Positions 1-13,570 of a stretch of 64,000 nucleotides of DNA are shown in pieces (position 1 is the first letter of the stretch; every line of letters starts with the position of its first letter). The notes beneath the pieces were generated by a model that saw nothing but the letters and a program-made list of their open reading frames with translations, did not search any database and was not told the DNA's origin. The DNA comes from Octopus bimaculoides (taxonomy: Eukaryota). Location: positions 31,141,719 to 31,205,718 of the forward strand of contig NC_068999.1 of assembly GCF_001194135.2 (NCBI RefSeq), in the 5' to 3' direction. A program made the translations under genes and the position numbers.

Positions 1-400
1 ATATGTGTTCATGTGTATGTGTATATGTATATATATGAGTGTAAGACTGTGTCCAGTGCATATGTGCAACTTTCATGCACATGACCCCCTCATTTATATG
101 GATATGCTTATATTTGTATATATGTGGGAGTGTGAATATATGTCTGTATATGTATATATATATATCTTTATTTATACGTATAAATGTCTAAACATATATG
201 TATTATGTAATGTGTATGCATGGAAGCACCTATATGCATATGAGGATGAGGTTGCGTACACATATACATATATCTATATATACATGTGTGCATGCAGATA
301 TGCGTGTATGTATGAGTACGTACATACATATATGTTTGTGTGTGTATGTGCATGTACGTATACATGTTTGTGTGAGTGCGTATGTATGTAAACATTGTGA
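1..400. repeat. Degenerate (TA)n/(TG)n low-complexity tract
   Basis: Alternating ta/tg dinucleotides; the overlapping ORFs are YI/CV/HT repeats. Confidence 0.9.
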
Positions 401-504
401 ATGCAGGAGGTTTATATCTATGTATTGGGAGAATATGGTTGGTTTCTTTTTTTCTTTTTCTACCTATTAGAGTAACTTCCCTTTTTATTCAACAGATTTT
501 CACA

Positions 505-645
505 GTGTCTGTTGCTATTTATAGCGGACGGGAATGTATTGTAGCTCTTCGCTCTGACATTCGAAACTCCAAGTCCTATAATGACAACCTTTTACTGTTT
601 GTTCTAAATTATAACATATATATAAATAATCCTCTATTTATCTAA
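505..645 (+). mobile_element. Partial copy of the MITE at 8572-8808
   Basis: gaatgtattgtagctcttcgctctgacattcgaaactccaagtcctataatgacaacc..tactgtttg is the reverse complement of about 8575-8665. Confidence 0.7.
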
Positions 646-689
646 TATCAAGGTCTCATTCTTTTGTTGTTACTTTTTATTATTATTAT

Positions 690-862
690 TACACACATAC
701 AATGGGCTTCTTTCAGTTTCTGTTTACCAAATCCACTCACAAGGATTCGGTCAGCTCCAGGCTATTGTAGCAGACACTTGCCCAAAGTACTATGCTCTGA
801 GACTGAATTTGAGACTATGTAGTTGGTAAGCAAGCTTTTTTCCACACAGCCACGTCTGCACA
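690..862 (-). mobile_element. tRNA-derived SINE, head half
   Basis: Reverse complement matches ggctgtgtgg..cttaccaac..cttgggcaagtgtct..gtgagtggatttggta..aaactgaaagaagccc, as in the copies at 29790 and 63310. Confidence 0.85.
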
Positions 863-1736
863 TATTTAGCAGTTTTTATTTGAGACATTGTATGTTCTGG
901 ATGTGAGGCTCAAGCAAATACATTAATCTCCCCACATTCAGGACTGAAAGGGTTAATCCTTCACCTGATGTATAACATGCCTACTACCACAACAACCCCA
1001 CCCCAACATCCCCACCACAACTACCATCATCAACAATAACTTACACTTCTATATTTGTAATAAATGTAACCAATCCTTTTAGTTTCACAAAACAAAGATG
1101 TAATATTAAAGTGAAGAGACAATTCATTTGACAGTTCAGTAGATTTTGTTGCTGGAGACTATGGTGAAGTAGTACCGTATTACACTGCAAGAATCTGTGA
1201 CAATTACAGTTTCTGGAAAATTCATTGATCAATCACACATATCTCAACATAAATTTGACACCTTTTCCATTAATTCAAAGTAAAACTTTGCTGCACGTTT
1301 CAGTTGACATTAGATTTTTAATGTGATAGGAAAAAAGCATCTAGTACAGGTATTAAGTGGAAGAATTTAGTGTCATCAGTGCAACCTGGTGCTAGCATAT
1401 TGGTATTAATATCAGTAACTCAAGTAAAATGTTATATTGGTTTTAATTCAGAAAACACACACAAAAGGCTTTTAAGATAAAGAAGAATTTTTGAATATGT
1501 GGAAATATATTTTCTCCAAACTGCTGTGAGGTTTAGATTTGTGGTTGTACTTTATTTGGTGCTATTTAGCAAGTTGTATTTTTTTGAACCCCAAATATCA
1601 CATGATTAAGTTTGGATTCTGAGAAAATTGGTGATGGTCTGTGGCATTGGCAGCAATTTGTTCAAAGAACAATTCAGTATGTTCAGTAGGTGAGAGGAAT
1701 GAAGAATATAATGTTTTGGATAATTGTACAGGACAG

Positions 1737-1782
<46 letters not shown>

Positions 1783-2149
1783 AGAGGGAGAGGGAGAGAG
1801 AGAGGGAGAGGGAGAGAGAGAGATAGTAGTGCTGGTGGTTGTCACAGGAGAAACAGAAGTAGTAGTTGAGTGGTTGTTAAAAGAGAGATTGGGGTAGGAG
1901 AAGTGGTGGGTGACATGCTACAAGCTTACACATGACAAGTGGAATTAAGTGCAGTAGAGTGAGCCAGTATACAGGAGATTAACGAAGGGGTAGGGTAAAA
2001 AATTTAAAAGTGGAATGAAGTAGGGCCAGTGCTTCTAATAATATAGAGACTAAGTAAAGTTTAGAGATTATAGTAAAGGTCCTGGTCAAGTGAAGATGGA
2101 TGATAGTCATAGAGACAACAGACATACAGGTGAACTAGTTGACAAGTGC

Positions 2150-2180
<31 letters not shown>

Positions 2181-2361
2181 GTAACAAAAATATATAGAGA
2201 AACAAAAGTGAAATAGAGAAAAAAAGACAAGCATGATTGTTGTGGGATGCCACTGGGGATGGTGAAAATTACATACTAGAATATGTGACCACAAATCACA
2301 AATAAGAGGAACAATGGAAGGGGTTTTAGGGAAAAATAAATAAGTTAGCTGATAGGATAGA

Positions 2362-2414
<53 letters not shown>

Positions 2415-2835
2415 GCAGTGTCAGCACTAAGCAGTGATGTGTGTAAATACAAGTTTAGAACCAGTTCAAATACCCTTGGGGCATATTTTATCTTGTAAGA
2501 TAGCTATTCACTGTGTTTTGTCATAGAAAAAATTTCTCGCTGAAGACAAATGGTGTAAATACTTCAAAATCAGCTCTCAGCGCCACCTATTCAGACTGAG
2601 ATGCAAACATTTTGGAGTGGTTTGCTCTTCAGTCACAGAAACCAGACAGGATGAACTGTGAGCTGATAAGAAAGATTGTCTCTCTTATGATATTCTCATC
2701 ATCATTCAGTTACTGGTTGTGCTTATCAGTGGCTCACCACAAATTACAATGTCAAAGTGCTAAGCAGTGATGTGTATAAATACAAGGTTGTTACCAGTTC
2801 AAATATGCTAGTAATCAATGTATGCATACACACAA

Positions 2836-2874
<39 letters not shown>

Positions 2875-3869
2875 CATGTGTTTGTGTGTGTGTGTGTGTG
2901 TCTATATAGATATGAGCACACACACACACACAAATATATACATGTATAACAGAAGTACATACAAGCCATGCCACACCATAAAGATGTAGATGAACATGTA
3001 AATAAAAGATGGAGAGCAGAATCAAAGAAAGCTGAGGTGTTTTGAGGTGTGTATTCATTCCTTGTGGAGAAGAGCTTCCAAGAGTAAGTATGAGACACCT
3101 GTGTTTGTCAGTATCATTTCAACCATGCTGTTAGAGAATTCAGCAGGCTGAAAGGTATTTAGTGGAGCTATCATTTATGTTAAAGAGCTGAGCTATGAAC
3201 TCCCTCACTATTGAAATGTTGCTCTCATGGAATGTTTTAGTTTTTTAAGTGGAGTAGGGGTGATGGTGATGGTGACAAGAAGACAATCATAATGATATGA
3301 TGGCAGATGAAAATATACTTTCATAAAAATGATGCTGCGTTAAGGTAAAGATTTTCTAAAGAATTCTCTCTGAAATTTATGACCAGCCAGTATTGAAGAG
3401 ATTTATAGAAATTTTAGAATTAATGTCACCATTTATTGTAATCTCTTATCAGCAGACATAACACATTATTGAGCAATTATCAGATAATCTCAGTTGGAAT
3501 TTATTCTTCTTATTAATGCTATTCACACAATCCAGATCAAGAACTGAAGATTTTCTACACAGCTTCCTGTATATTTATCAGCTGATTCTTTTAGAATGGT
3601 AGGAAGAGTGTTTGAGATGATGCTAATGACTATGTTGTAAAGTTGTGACATTGTGGAAGACTTCATTTTTATCTAGAGAATCAAGGAAGAATGACCTGCA
3701 GAGATTTTCCACTGCTTTCTCTTTTTTGTAATCCCTTCAAATTTACACTGGATAATATTCAGTCATGAGGAACTACTACCAATAATTTTTATTGTTGCTG
3801 CGTAACCCCTGGTCGATGATGATAACATTAACCTTATGATTTCTTCCTTCTCCTCCTCCTATAAGCCAC

Positions 3870-4050
3870 CATAGTACCAGTGGAAAGAGCAAGGAGAGGA
3901 GACAGCAGATTTGTGGGTCTGGGGCTGGAGTATATCTGGGAGTATTTATGTGCCTCATTTATGAAATGAACATCCTTAGGATGTGGTCTAGAATGTCTGA
4001 CAAGCATCAGTATTATATCCATTGAAGGCATGTAGATTAATGGTTAGGAT
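3870..4050 (-). mobile_element. Possible highly decayed CR1-like RT C-terminus
   Basis: Minus-strand RHSRPHPKDVHF...KYSQIYSSPRPTNL resembles the CR1 C-terminal R.S..HP..V....Y..SFFPRT..LWN pattern. Confidence 0.3.
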
Positions 4051-4222
4051 ATTTGGCTCGGCTCATGATCATAACTGGTGCATGGTACCAGAACTTTTTG
4101 AAATGTTTTGGCTGAAGGTCTTACATAATGGTCGCATTTCCTATTATATATTACAAAAACCTGAAATGTAGATATTAAATGATTTCAAAATATCACTTCT
4201 TGGTTTGACTTCATTATTACAA

Positions 4223-4267
<45 letters not shown>

Positions 4268-4270
<3 letters not shown>

Positions 4271-4762
4271 TGTAGAGGGAACCTGTAGAAGTGGGTAGAC
4301 CCAGGAAGACATGGAATGAGGTGGTAAAGCATGATCTTTGAATACTGGGCCTCACAGAGTCAATGACAAGTGACCAAGACCTTTGGCAATATGTTATGCT
4401 TGAGAAGACCCATGTAACCAAATGAAACCATTGTCATGGCTGATGCTGGTGTCATGTAACTGGCACCCATGCCAGTGGCACATAAAGAGCACCCTTCAAA
4501 CGTTGGGCCTCACAAAGGCAATGATAAGTGACAGAGACCTTTAGCAATATGCCATGTTTGCCAAGACCCATCAAGTCAAGTGAAATCATAATCATGGCCA
4601 ATGCTGTTGTCATATAAAAACCACCCATTAGACTCTTCGAGTGGTTGGCAGTAGGAAGGGTATCCAGCCATAGAAACCATACCAAATCAGACTGGAACCT
4701 GGTGCAGCCCTCCAGCTTACCAGTTTTAGTCAAACCATCTTTGCCAGTATGATGATGACGAT
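4268..4762 (+). mobile_element. RTE LINE 3' fragment (ORF end, 3' UTR, (GAT)n tail)
   Basis: VEGTC.GRPRKTW.EVVKHDL remnant, then aggaagggtatccagcc..tagaaacc and gatgatgacgatga. Confidence 0.85.
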
Positions 4763-5768
4763 GAGCAGGGGTGGATGCTCTGATAGCATAGCTGCTAGTA
4801 TAAGAATAGCCTGGGCAAAGTTAAGAGAAATCCTACCTCTGCTGGTAACAAAGGGCTTCTCGCTCAGAATGAAAGGTTAACTGTCTGAATCATGTATGCG
4901 AACAGCCATGCTACACGGCAGTAAAACATGGGCTGTAACCGCTGAGGACATGCACAAGCTTGCAAGAAATGAAGCTAGTATACTCTGCTGGATGTGTAAT
5001 GTCAAAGTGCATATACAACAGAGTGTAAGTACCCTGAGAGAAAAGTTGGACATAAGAAGCATCAGATGTGGTATGAAAGAGAGAGATGACCGTGCTGGTA
5101 TGGTCATGTGTTGCATATAGATGAGGACAGCTGTGTGAAAAAGTGTTACACCATAACAGTGGAGGAACCTGTGGAAGAGGTAGGCCCAAGAAGACATAGG
5201 ATGAAGTGGTGAAGCACGATCTTTGAACATTGGACCTCACGAAGGCAATGACAAGAGACTGAGACTTTTAGAGATGTTGTGCTTGAGAAGACCTGGCAAG
5301 CCAAGTGAGACCATAACCGTGGCTTATGCCAGTGTCACATAAATGGCCCATTTAGGAGTACCTTTCAATCATTGGGCAATAAATTGTGCTTGAGAAATCC
5401 TGTTGAGTCAAGTGAGATCATTGTCGTGGCTGATGCCAGTACTCCTGGTGGCACATAAAAAGCCTGATTCGAGCATGGTTGATGCCAGTCCCACTGGACT
5501 GGTTCCTATGCCGGTGGCATGTAGAATGCACCATGCAAGAATGGTCAATAACAGTGCTGCCTGACTGGCTCACATGCTGGTGGCATGTAAAAAGCACCCA
5601 CTACATTCTGAGTGGTTGGCGTTAAGAAAAGCATCCAGCTGTAGAAACCTTGCCAGATCAGATTGGAGCCTGGTGTAGCCTTCTGGCTTGCCAGCCCTCA
5701 GTCAAACCATCCAACCTATGCCAACACGGAAAGCAGACGTTAGACGATGACAATGATGATGATGATGA
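4763..5768 (+). mobile_element. RTE LINE 3' fragment
   Basis: RIAWAKLRE.LPLL.TKG..MRTAMLHGSKTWAVTAEDMHKLARNEAS, 3' UTR modules and a (GAT)n tail running into the gap. Confidence 0.9.
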
Positions 5769-6239
5769 NNNNNNNNNNNNNNNNNNNNNNNNNNNNNNNN
5801 NNNNNNNNNNNNNNNNNNNNNNNNNNNNNNNNNNNNNNNNNNNNNNNNNNNNNNNNNNNNNNNNNNNNNNNNNNNNNNNNNNNNNNNNNNNNNNNNNNNN
5901 NNNNNNNNNNNNNATATATATATATATATATATATATACCCTATCCATTAATCCGCATTGTGTGTGTGTTAGAGAGATAGGTAAATATACTTATATTTAC
6001 AATATATATTCAATGCATGACAGCTGGTTTGCATGAAGTTAAAATGTAACATATATTTTTAATTTTTATCAGTAATTTAAGGAATAATGGAAGTATAACT
6101 TTCAATGGGCATGTGAAATTAAGTAGAGAGAAAATAATGCAAGTTATAGTCGGTATTTTATAAGGACCTCCTTTAGAATAAACAACAGTGGTTACTCTTT
6201 TGGGCATAAATTCTACCAGATTTTGGTACATTACCTTAA

Positions 6240-7060
6240 TTTCAGTATCTTTGTGTCATATTTGAATAAAAGATTGAACGATTTCTTCTTTCATTCGAGA
6301 TCATAATGACTTTATGCACGTTTTTGCATTTGCTCCAGAGCTTTTCAACTGAATTTAAATCTGGTGAAGACAGAGGCCAATGAAGCAGAGTTACCAAAAG
6401 CCATGTTAATGAAAGGAATCTATTGAATGCTTCTTGCTAACAATGAAATAATACATTATCTTGCTGAAAAATGCCACCACAACTTGAAAACCAGTCATTT
6501 AATTGCAGCAAAAGACAACGTTCAGTGTCCTTTATGATATGTCACTATCAAGTTTTCCTTCAAAAATATGACTACATCCAGTAAAAATGTGCCTGGATCA
6601 TTACTTGCCCTTGATGCTCTTAGTGGATGACTTGGCCTGCTGTTAGTGGATGACCATCTACAAATCACAAAATTTGGGCAATCGTCCATCATATGAATCA
6701 TTGTCTTGTCACTAAAAATAACTGTCCACAGTCCAGTTCTGGCTATCTGTTGTTTAGCATCAAGTGGACATTTTGGTGACTTTATGGCATAGATCCCTGC
6801 TTCATTCATTGCCTGCTATAACAGGTGGTCTTGTCTAGATTTTAACATCACATGAAGCATTTTGAGGGCTTTTGATTGAAATTTGCCTCATATGCCAAAG
6901 GTTACATTCATTCAGTTCATTTCACAATTGTGACCACCACAATTTTGGAATCAAACATTTGCACTTCTTGTGTTTTTCTTCTGTTTAATAATACGTGTAT
7001 CACTGCTTCAGTTCATTTCCATGCAGTTTGCAATCTGCTGATGCATTATACAGGTGTTTC
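6240..7060 (-). mobile_element. Tc1-like DDE transposase remnant
   Basis: Minus strand gives W.VIFSDK (first D), GIFQQDN (second D, about 6450-6470) and WPLSSPDLNSVEKLW (E motif, about 6335-6385), with stops and frameshifts. Confidence 0.85.
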
Positions 7061-7069
7061 CTTTGAAAT

Positions 7070-8158
7070 TTATCTGATAATAACTTAATTTATCAAAAAT
7101 GACTATGAGGATAAAAATAAACCTTCTTTTTTATAATGTTATTCAATAATGTCACCTTCAGCTTCAACAACTTTTTCTATATGAGTTCTAAATCATCTAC
7201 ATGATCGAATCAAGTGGTCCTGGTTCGTTTTGAATATTGCTCTGACTATGGCAGCTTTCGAAGAACCTTTCATGTTATGGGCATGTTCATTGACCTCTCT
7301 CTCAACAATGCTTCACATGTAATAGTCCAATGGATTGAGATTTGGGGAATTAGGAGGCCAAGTGTTAGGTGCTATGTGATCATGAACATTTTCAGCCAAC
7401 CATTCCTGTGTTACTAGGGCCATGTGTGATGCTGCATGTCTATCCAGTGCTTAACAATTATTTCCAGGACCTCAATGTAAGCAGCAGAGTTAACTCTAAG
7501 GCCTTGTGGAAAGGAGGCGTCAGGTGTCCTTCATTGCTGACAACCCCTAAAACCATGACAATTGCAGGACATTTTGTATGCAATAACACTTGGAACCTCA
7601 GAAAGGTGTGCACATAACCATCTGTCATTTCTTCTGTTAACTTTTTTTCATTTGAGAAAAACCAAATCAGTTTGTTTAAGAGTCTTTTAGTGATTTTCTT
7701 TTGCTTTTTCTGACAAATTGACCTTTCCTCATCAGATAAGACTTATATCTGATGTCTTCGTGGACAACATTTCTGACTGTTCTTTCTGACACATGGAGAT
7801 CTTTTGCAATTTACCTCATGAATTTTCTGGGATTGTAATTAATGGTCCTGTTGAACTTGGTGGATAAATTCAGGTGTTCTGCTAATTTCAGAGTGTTTAG
7901 AATGTTTTTTATGCTTTGATACTGGTAATATGTTTCCATCTTCAGTCTCTAGCTTCTTACAAACCTTTTAAAAGTCGAGATATTTTTAAATCACTATGCT
8001 CACCCTTTATAACCACAATAACAGCATGCCTCTTCATTTCTGGAGTAAGCTAAGGGTCTACCATTATTATTTTCTGAAACAAAGATTATACAGTGTTAGC
8101 AAAAAATGCAGCAATGACCCCAAAAAGGTATGTCCTCAAACACCTTACGCACCCTGGA
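7070..8158 (-). mobile_element. maT/DD37D-like ITm transposon, decayed
   Basis: Reverse complement of the element at 55527-56788. 5' TIR cagggtgcgtaaggtgtttgaggacat at about 8130-8158 next to TA; WPPNSPNLNPLDY motif. Confidence 0.85.
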
Positions 8159-8226
8159 TATATGTATGTATGTATGTATGNNNNNNNNNNNNNNNNNNNN
8201 NNNNNNNNNNNNNNNNNNNNNNNNNN

Positions 8227-8261
<35 letters not shown>

Positions 8262-8306
8262 TGTATACATACATACATACATACATATGTATGTGTATAT
8301 ATATGT

Positions 8307-8540
8307 GGAGGTGCATGGTTTAGTGGTTAGGGTATCAGCATCATGATTGTGGTTTTGATTCCAGGACCGGGCGACGCATTGTGTTCTTGAGCAAAGCACT
8401 TCATTTCACGTTGCTCCAGTCCACTCACCTTGCAAAAACCGAGTAACACTGCGATGGACTGGCATCCCGTTCAGCTGGGGAACACATACGCCATAGAAAC
8501 CAGGAAACCAGGCCCATGAGACTGGCTAAGCTTTAAAAGG
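8307..8540 (+). mobile_element. tRNA-derived SINE with V-domain-like centre
   Basis: A-box-like tggtttagtgg, B-box-like gttttgattcc, gtgttcttgagcaaagcactt, and tgcgatggactggcatcccgttcag. Second copy at 51966. Confidence 0.7.
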
Positions 8541-8571
8541 GCACATTTTTTAGATAAATAGATGATATCTA

Positions 8572-8808
8572 TATATGTTATAGTTTATAAGAAACAGTAA
8601 AAAGTTGTCATTATAGTACTTGGAGTTTCGAATGTCAGAGTGAAGAGCTGCAATGCATTCTTATCGGCTGTTAATGGCAACAGATGCTATGAAAAACCAT
8701 TGAGTAAAGGGGAAGTTACTCTAATAGGTAGAAAAAGAAAAAAAAGATAAAAAATACACGCCTACTATAATGACAACTTTTTACTGTTTGTTATAAATTA
8801 TAATATAT
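8572..8808. mobile_element. MITE with about 45-bp terminal inverted repeats in a TA context
   Basis: ttatagtttataagaaacagtaaaaagttgtcattatagta at about 8578 is inverted against tactataatgacaactttttactgtttgttataaattataa at about 8763. Confidence 0.75.
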
Positions 8809-9411
8809 ACACACACACACATGCGCGCGCTCACACGCACACACACACGTATATATATATATATATACAAATAGAGAGAGAGAGATAGCAGGTAGATTTG
8901 CTCAAGCTATAAATATATGAATCAGCTATTTTGGTGTTATTTACTCTGTTTACAGGCATGAGTATATGTATGTGCATATTTATGTGTGTGTGGTGTGTGT
9001 AGTGTGGTGTGTGTAGTGTGGTGTGTAGTGTGGTGTGTTTGTGTGTGTGTGTGTGTGTGTGTATGTTTGTATGTGTTTGTATGTGTTTGTGTGTGTGTAT
9101 GTGTGTGTGTATGTGTGTGTGTGTGTGTGTGAAATATAAATACAAAGTGAACAATTTCTTTGATGTTTATCTAAAGTAAAAACACTCCATCATATTTCTC
9201 ACTTTACTTAAACGATTTTTCTTCTCCAAGACTGAAACTGCTTCCCACCCCACTTTTTCTGCCAGCAGGGACTGTTCACTTAACAAATCTATCTTTTCCT
9301 ACTGTATACACCTTTCCATAGATTCATCATTCAGCACATATACACATCAGACACAGTTGTGCACTTGTGCACGCTTATATACACAAATGCATAAACAGAC
9401 ACACATACAGA

Positions 9412-9467
<56 letters not shown>
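8808..9467. repeat. Compound (CA)n/(TA)n/(TG)n microsatellites
   Basis: Direct reading; the last (CA)n runs into the gap at 9468. Confidence 0.85.
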
Positions 9468-10152
9468 NNNNNNNNNNNNNNNNNNNNNNNNNNNNNNNNN
9501 NNNNNNNNNNNNNNNNNNNNNNNNNNNNNNNNNNNNNNNNNNNNNNNNNNNNNNNNNNNNNNNNNNNNNNNNNNNNNNNNNNNNNNNNNNNNNNNNNNNN
9601 NNNNNNNNNNNNNNNNNNNNNNNNNNNNNNNNNNNNNNNNNNNNNNNNNNNNNNNNNNNNNNNNNNNNNNNNNNNNNNNNNNNNNNNNNNNNNNNNNNNN
9701 NNNNNNNNNNNNNNNNNNNNNNNNNNNNNNNNNNNNNNNNNNNNNNNNNNNNNNNNNNNNNNNNNNNNNNNNNNNNNNNNNNNNNNNNNNNNNNNNNNNN
9801 NNNNNNNNNNNNNNNNNNNNNNNNNNNNNNNNNNNNNNNNNNNNNNNNNNNNNNNNNNNNNNNNNNNNNNNNNNNNNNNNNNNNNNNNNNNNNNNNNNNN
9901 NNNNNNNNNNNNNNNNNNNNNNNNNNNNNNNNNNNNNNNNNNNNNNNNNNNNNNNNNNNNNNNNNNNNNNNNNNNNNNNNNNNNNNNNNNNNNNNNNNNN
10001 NNNNNNNNNNNNNNNNNNNNNNNNNNNNNNNNNNNNNNNNNNNNNNNNNNNNNNNNNNNNNNNNNNNNNNNNNNNNNNNNNNNNNNNNNNNNNNNNNNNN
10101 NNNNNNNNNNNNNNNNNNNNNNNNNNNNNNNNNNNNNNNNNNNNNNNNNNNN

Positions 10153-10265
10153 GAATAAGTACAAGGGCTTACAAAGATTAAGCTCTGGGGTCGATTTGTT
10201 TGACTAAAAGTGGTGCTCCAGCATGGCCACAGTTAAATGACTGAACTATAAAAGAGTAGTAAAAG
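10153..10265 (+). mobile_element. SINE tail fragment
   Basis: gaataagtac..ggcttacaaag..ctggggtcgatttgtttgactaaaagtggtgctccagcatggccacag. Confidence 0.8.
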
Positions 10266-10338
10266 AAGAGTATATATACACAAATGCATAAGCACATGCA
10301 CACACACACACACGTGCATGTGCACGAATGCACACACG

Positions 10339-10386
<48 letters not shown>

Positions 10387-10576
10387 AATGCATGTATTTT
10401 ATATATTGTTATACATGAATATGTAAAACATTGATTGTGAAAGTGCTGAATATAGAGTATAAATTAACTCTTGCAAGGAAGAGTGTCTCTGTATATACGT
10501 ACACATACATACACATGCACGCGCGCGCGCGCACACACACACACACAAATATATATGTGTATAAATATATATACAA

Positions 10577-11403
10577 AAATAGCCTGGGCACAGTTCAGAG
10601 AGCTGCTACCGATATTAGTAATGAAGGGCCTCTCCCACAGAATGAATGGCAGATAGTATGATGTCTGTGTATGAGCAGCTATGCTATATGGCATTGAGAC
10701 ATGGGCTGTGACTACTGAGGATATGCAAAGGCTTGTAAAGAATGAAACCAGTATGCTCCACTGGATAGGTAATGTCAGTGAGCATATATGACAGAGTGTA
10801 AGTGATTTGAGAGAAAAACTGGATATACAAGGTATCAGTTGTAATGTGCAAGAGAGAAGACTGCACTTGTACAGTCACATAATGTGCATGGATGAAAACA
10901 GTTGCATCAAGAGGTGCCAATCTCCTATTGTAGAGGGAATATGTGGAAGGGGTAGACCCAGGAAACTGTAGGACGAAGTGTTGACAAATGATCTACAGAC
11001 GTTGGGACTCCCAGAGGGGATGACAGGGCCTGAAGTTCCTGGTGGTTTGCTGTGCTTGAAAAGACATGTTAAGCTAAGTAAAAGCATGGCTGTCCTTGCA
11101 TACAGGCTCTTCCCTTGCATCCCTCTCCAGCTGAGCATTCCTAATCTTGTGGGCTCGTAGGTGCTGGTGCTATGTAAAAAGCATTCATACTGGTACCATG
11201 TAAATGCACCCATGCCAGTGTGGCATAAAAACACCCTGGAGACTCTGTAAAGTGGTTGGCATTAGGAAGGGCATCCAGCTGTAGAAACCATGCCAAAATA
11301 GACATGAAGCCGGGACAGCTCTTCAACAAGCCAGCTCCTGTCAAACCGCCCAACACATGCTGGCATGGAAAACGGACATTAAATGACGATGATGATGATG
11401 ATG
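10577..11403 (+). mobile_element. RTE LINE 3' fragment
   Basis: IAWAQFRELLP.L..KGL.., AMLYGIETWAVT.EDMQRL..NE, terminal module and (GAT)n. Confidence 0.88.
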
Positions 11404-11546
11404 AAATATATGTGTACATATATGTATATATATGTATATATATATATATATATCTATATATATAGGGAGAGAGAGAAAGAAAGAGAGGGAGGGAGAGAGA
11501 GATAGATGTTTATAAGCATACATACTTTATATGAGTTCATGAGAGT

Positions 11547-12436
11547 ATAAGGTGGTATCAAAAAGTTCCCAGGCTAGTAATGTTTAATAAAAAATAACTT
11601 ATTTGTCATAAGTTTTAATATCATCTCCTTCAAAATAGTCACCTTGGGCAACAATACACTAGTCTCAGCATTCCTGCCACTTTTGGAATCAATCCTGGAA
11701 GTAGTTTTCTGTAAGCGAGTTGAGGACCTTTTGCGATTTGCTCTGTATCTTGACAAAGATGTTAAACTGGCAACCTTTGAGCTGCATTTTCATCTTGGGG
11801 AAGAGATGAAAGTCTGCAAGTGTTAAATCTGGTAAATAGGCTAGGTGTGAAAGTGGTGCCATCTTGTTTTTAGTGAGAAACTTATGGGCGAAGAGGGCTC
11901 AGTGAAGAATCCAATGCATTTACTGAATGTCCTCCTTCAAACACTTCAAAATATTGCAGCAGAACTCTTGATTGATGGTCTGATCCAGAGGGACCATCAA
12001 CCAATGGTCTGATCCTGGGAGATGAATTCTCAATGCACAATACCACATTTCTAAGGTAACACTTGTGGCAGATCTTGCAGATTGCTCATCTCTTCCAGGG
12101 GTTTTCTTCCATTTTTGAAGCACCCATTCCACTCAAAACATTGTGTACAACTCATTGTCTTGTTGCCATAAGCTTGCCAAAGTTTTCTCAATGTCTCTGA
12201 AAGCCAAATGTAACCCAAAATTTCATGTTGACTCTTTGTTCCTGTCCATGACAAAATTGTAGACTACAGCGCATGTGTGATTGCAAAAACACAAATTTCA
12301 CAACTTACAAAGTAAACACAGCAATGTCACTCAGCACACTGCTTCATGAAGGTCTCTGCTGGTTCTCACTGTGCATGCAACCATGTCCTGCCATATGTTA
12401 GAGTACTACAGAAATAGTCTGGAAACTTTTTTATTA
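11547..12436 (-). mobile_element. Internally deleted mariner (DD34D-type) element with both TIR remnants
   Basis: Minus strand YLPDLTLADFHLFPKMKMQLKG (YSPDLAPSDF motif). TIR aggtggtatcaaaaagttcccaggctag at 11550 versus tagtctggaaactttttt at about 12417. Confidence 0.85.
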
Positions 12437-12769
12437 CTGTTGAAACAGTAATAAATAAAAATCACTGTCTTCTGTGTATTTTACTTGATATGTACATACT
12501 GTTAAAAGGCATGATACTGTGGAATTATCTGATATAAAATCTCTTCATACACTTGTTGCATTGAAAGCACAATATACATTAGAGTGAGATGAACATTAGC
12601 AATACAGTTACTCATGAGCACGACAGATGTGTTTCACCTTATTTGAATGATGTGCACCTGATTGTCACCTGCTTAAATGAAATCTATACCTTGATATATA
12701 AGAAACTGAATGTTCTATTCACTGATTCTTATATATCTTTTATCTTTTGCTTGATTCTGTCATTAGGCT

Positions 12770-13098
12770 GTGGCTATGCCAGAGCACTTCAAGAATTTTT
12801 AGTTGACTGAATTGACCCCGATGCCTATTTTTTGTTAAGCCTGGTACTTCTATCAGTCTCTTTTGCTGAACTGCTAAGTTACAGGGATGTAAATGCACTA
12901 ACACTGGTTGTTAAGCTGTAGTGGAGGGCAAACGCAAACACATGTGATGGGCTTCTTTCAGTTTCCATCTACAAAATCCACTTACAAGGATTTGGTCAGC
13001 CCAAGGCTATAAAAGAAGATGCTCACTGAAGCTGTCACGCAGTGGGACTGAACCTAGAACCATGTGGCTGGAAAGCAAGTTTCTTATCACACAGTCAT
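12770..13098 (-). mobile_element. Bipartite tRNA-derived SINE (head plus tail)
   Basis: Reverse complement of the 29790-30180 family with a short linker. Confidence 0.85.
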
Positions 13099-13508
13099 GT
13101 CAGCATTTGTCAAGGTATGAACTTCATTTAAGCAGGTGACAATCGGGTGCATATCCCTGAGATCCTTGAATGAAGGTGAAATGCATGTGTCATTCTCATG
13201 AGTAACTGCAGCAATGATGTACAACTCACTCCAATGTATATTGTGTAATCAATACATGAGTATGAGGACAATTTCACAGCATCATACCTTCTAATGGTAT
13301 ATATACATAGCATTAGAAGTAATGGTAAAATACCTAGTTAGTAACACTCACACACACACACAAATATATACAATGTACACACATATATGTATGTGTATGT
13401 GCATATACACACACATACATTCACATGTGCAGGCATACATATAGTACATATAGACAAACATTTTTTCTCAACCACTTGCTTTCATTAACGCACACTATCT
13501 TCTTTACT

Positions 13509-13570
<62 letters not shown>

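Noticed and set aside
1130-1230. Possible exon SVDFVAGDYGEVVPYYTARICDNYSFWKIH after ttgacag
   Set aside because: Short, ends in a stop, no recognisable domain and no partner exons.
1560-2300. Possible CR1/L2 endonuclease relic on the minus strand
   Set aside because: The motif-like pieces are in the wrong order and too degenerate.
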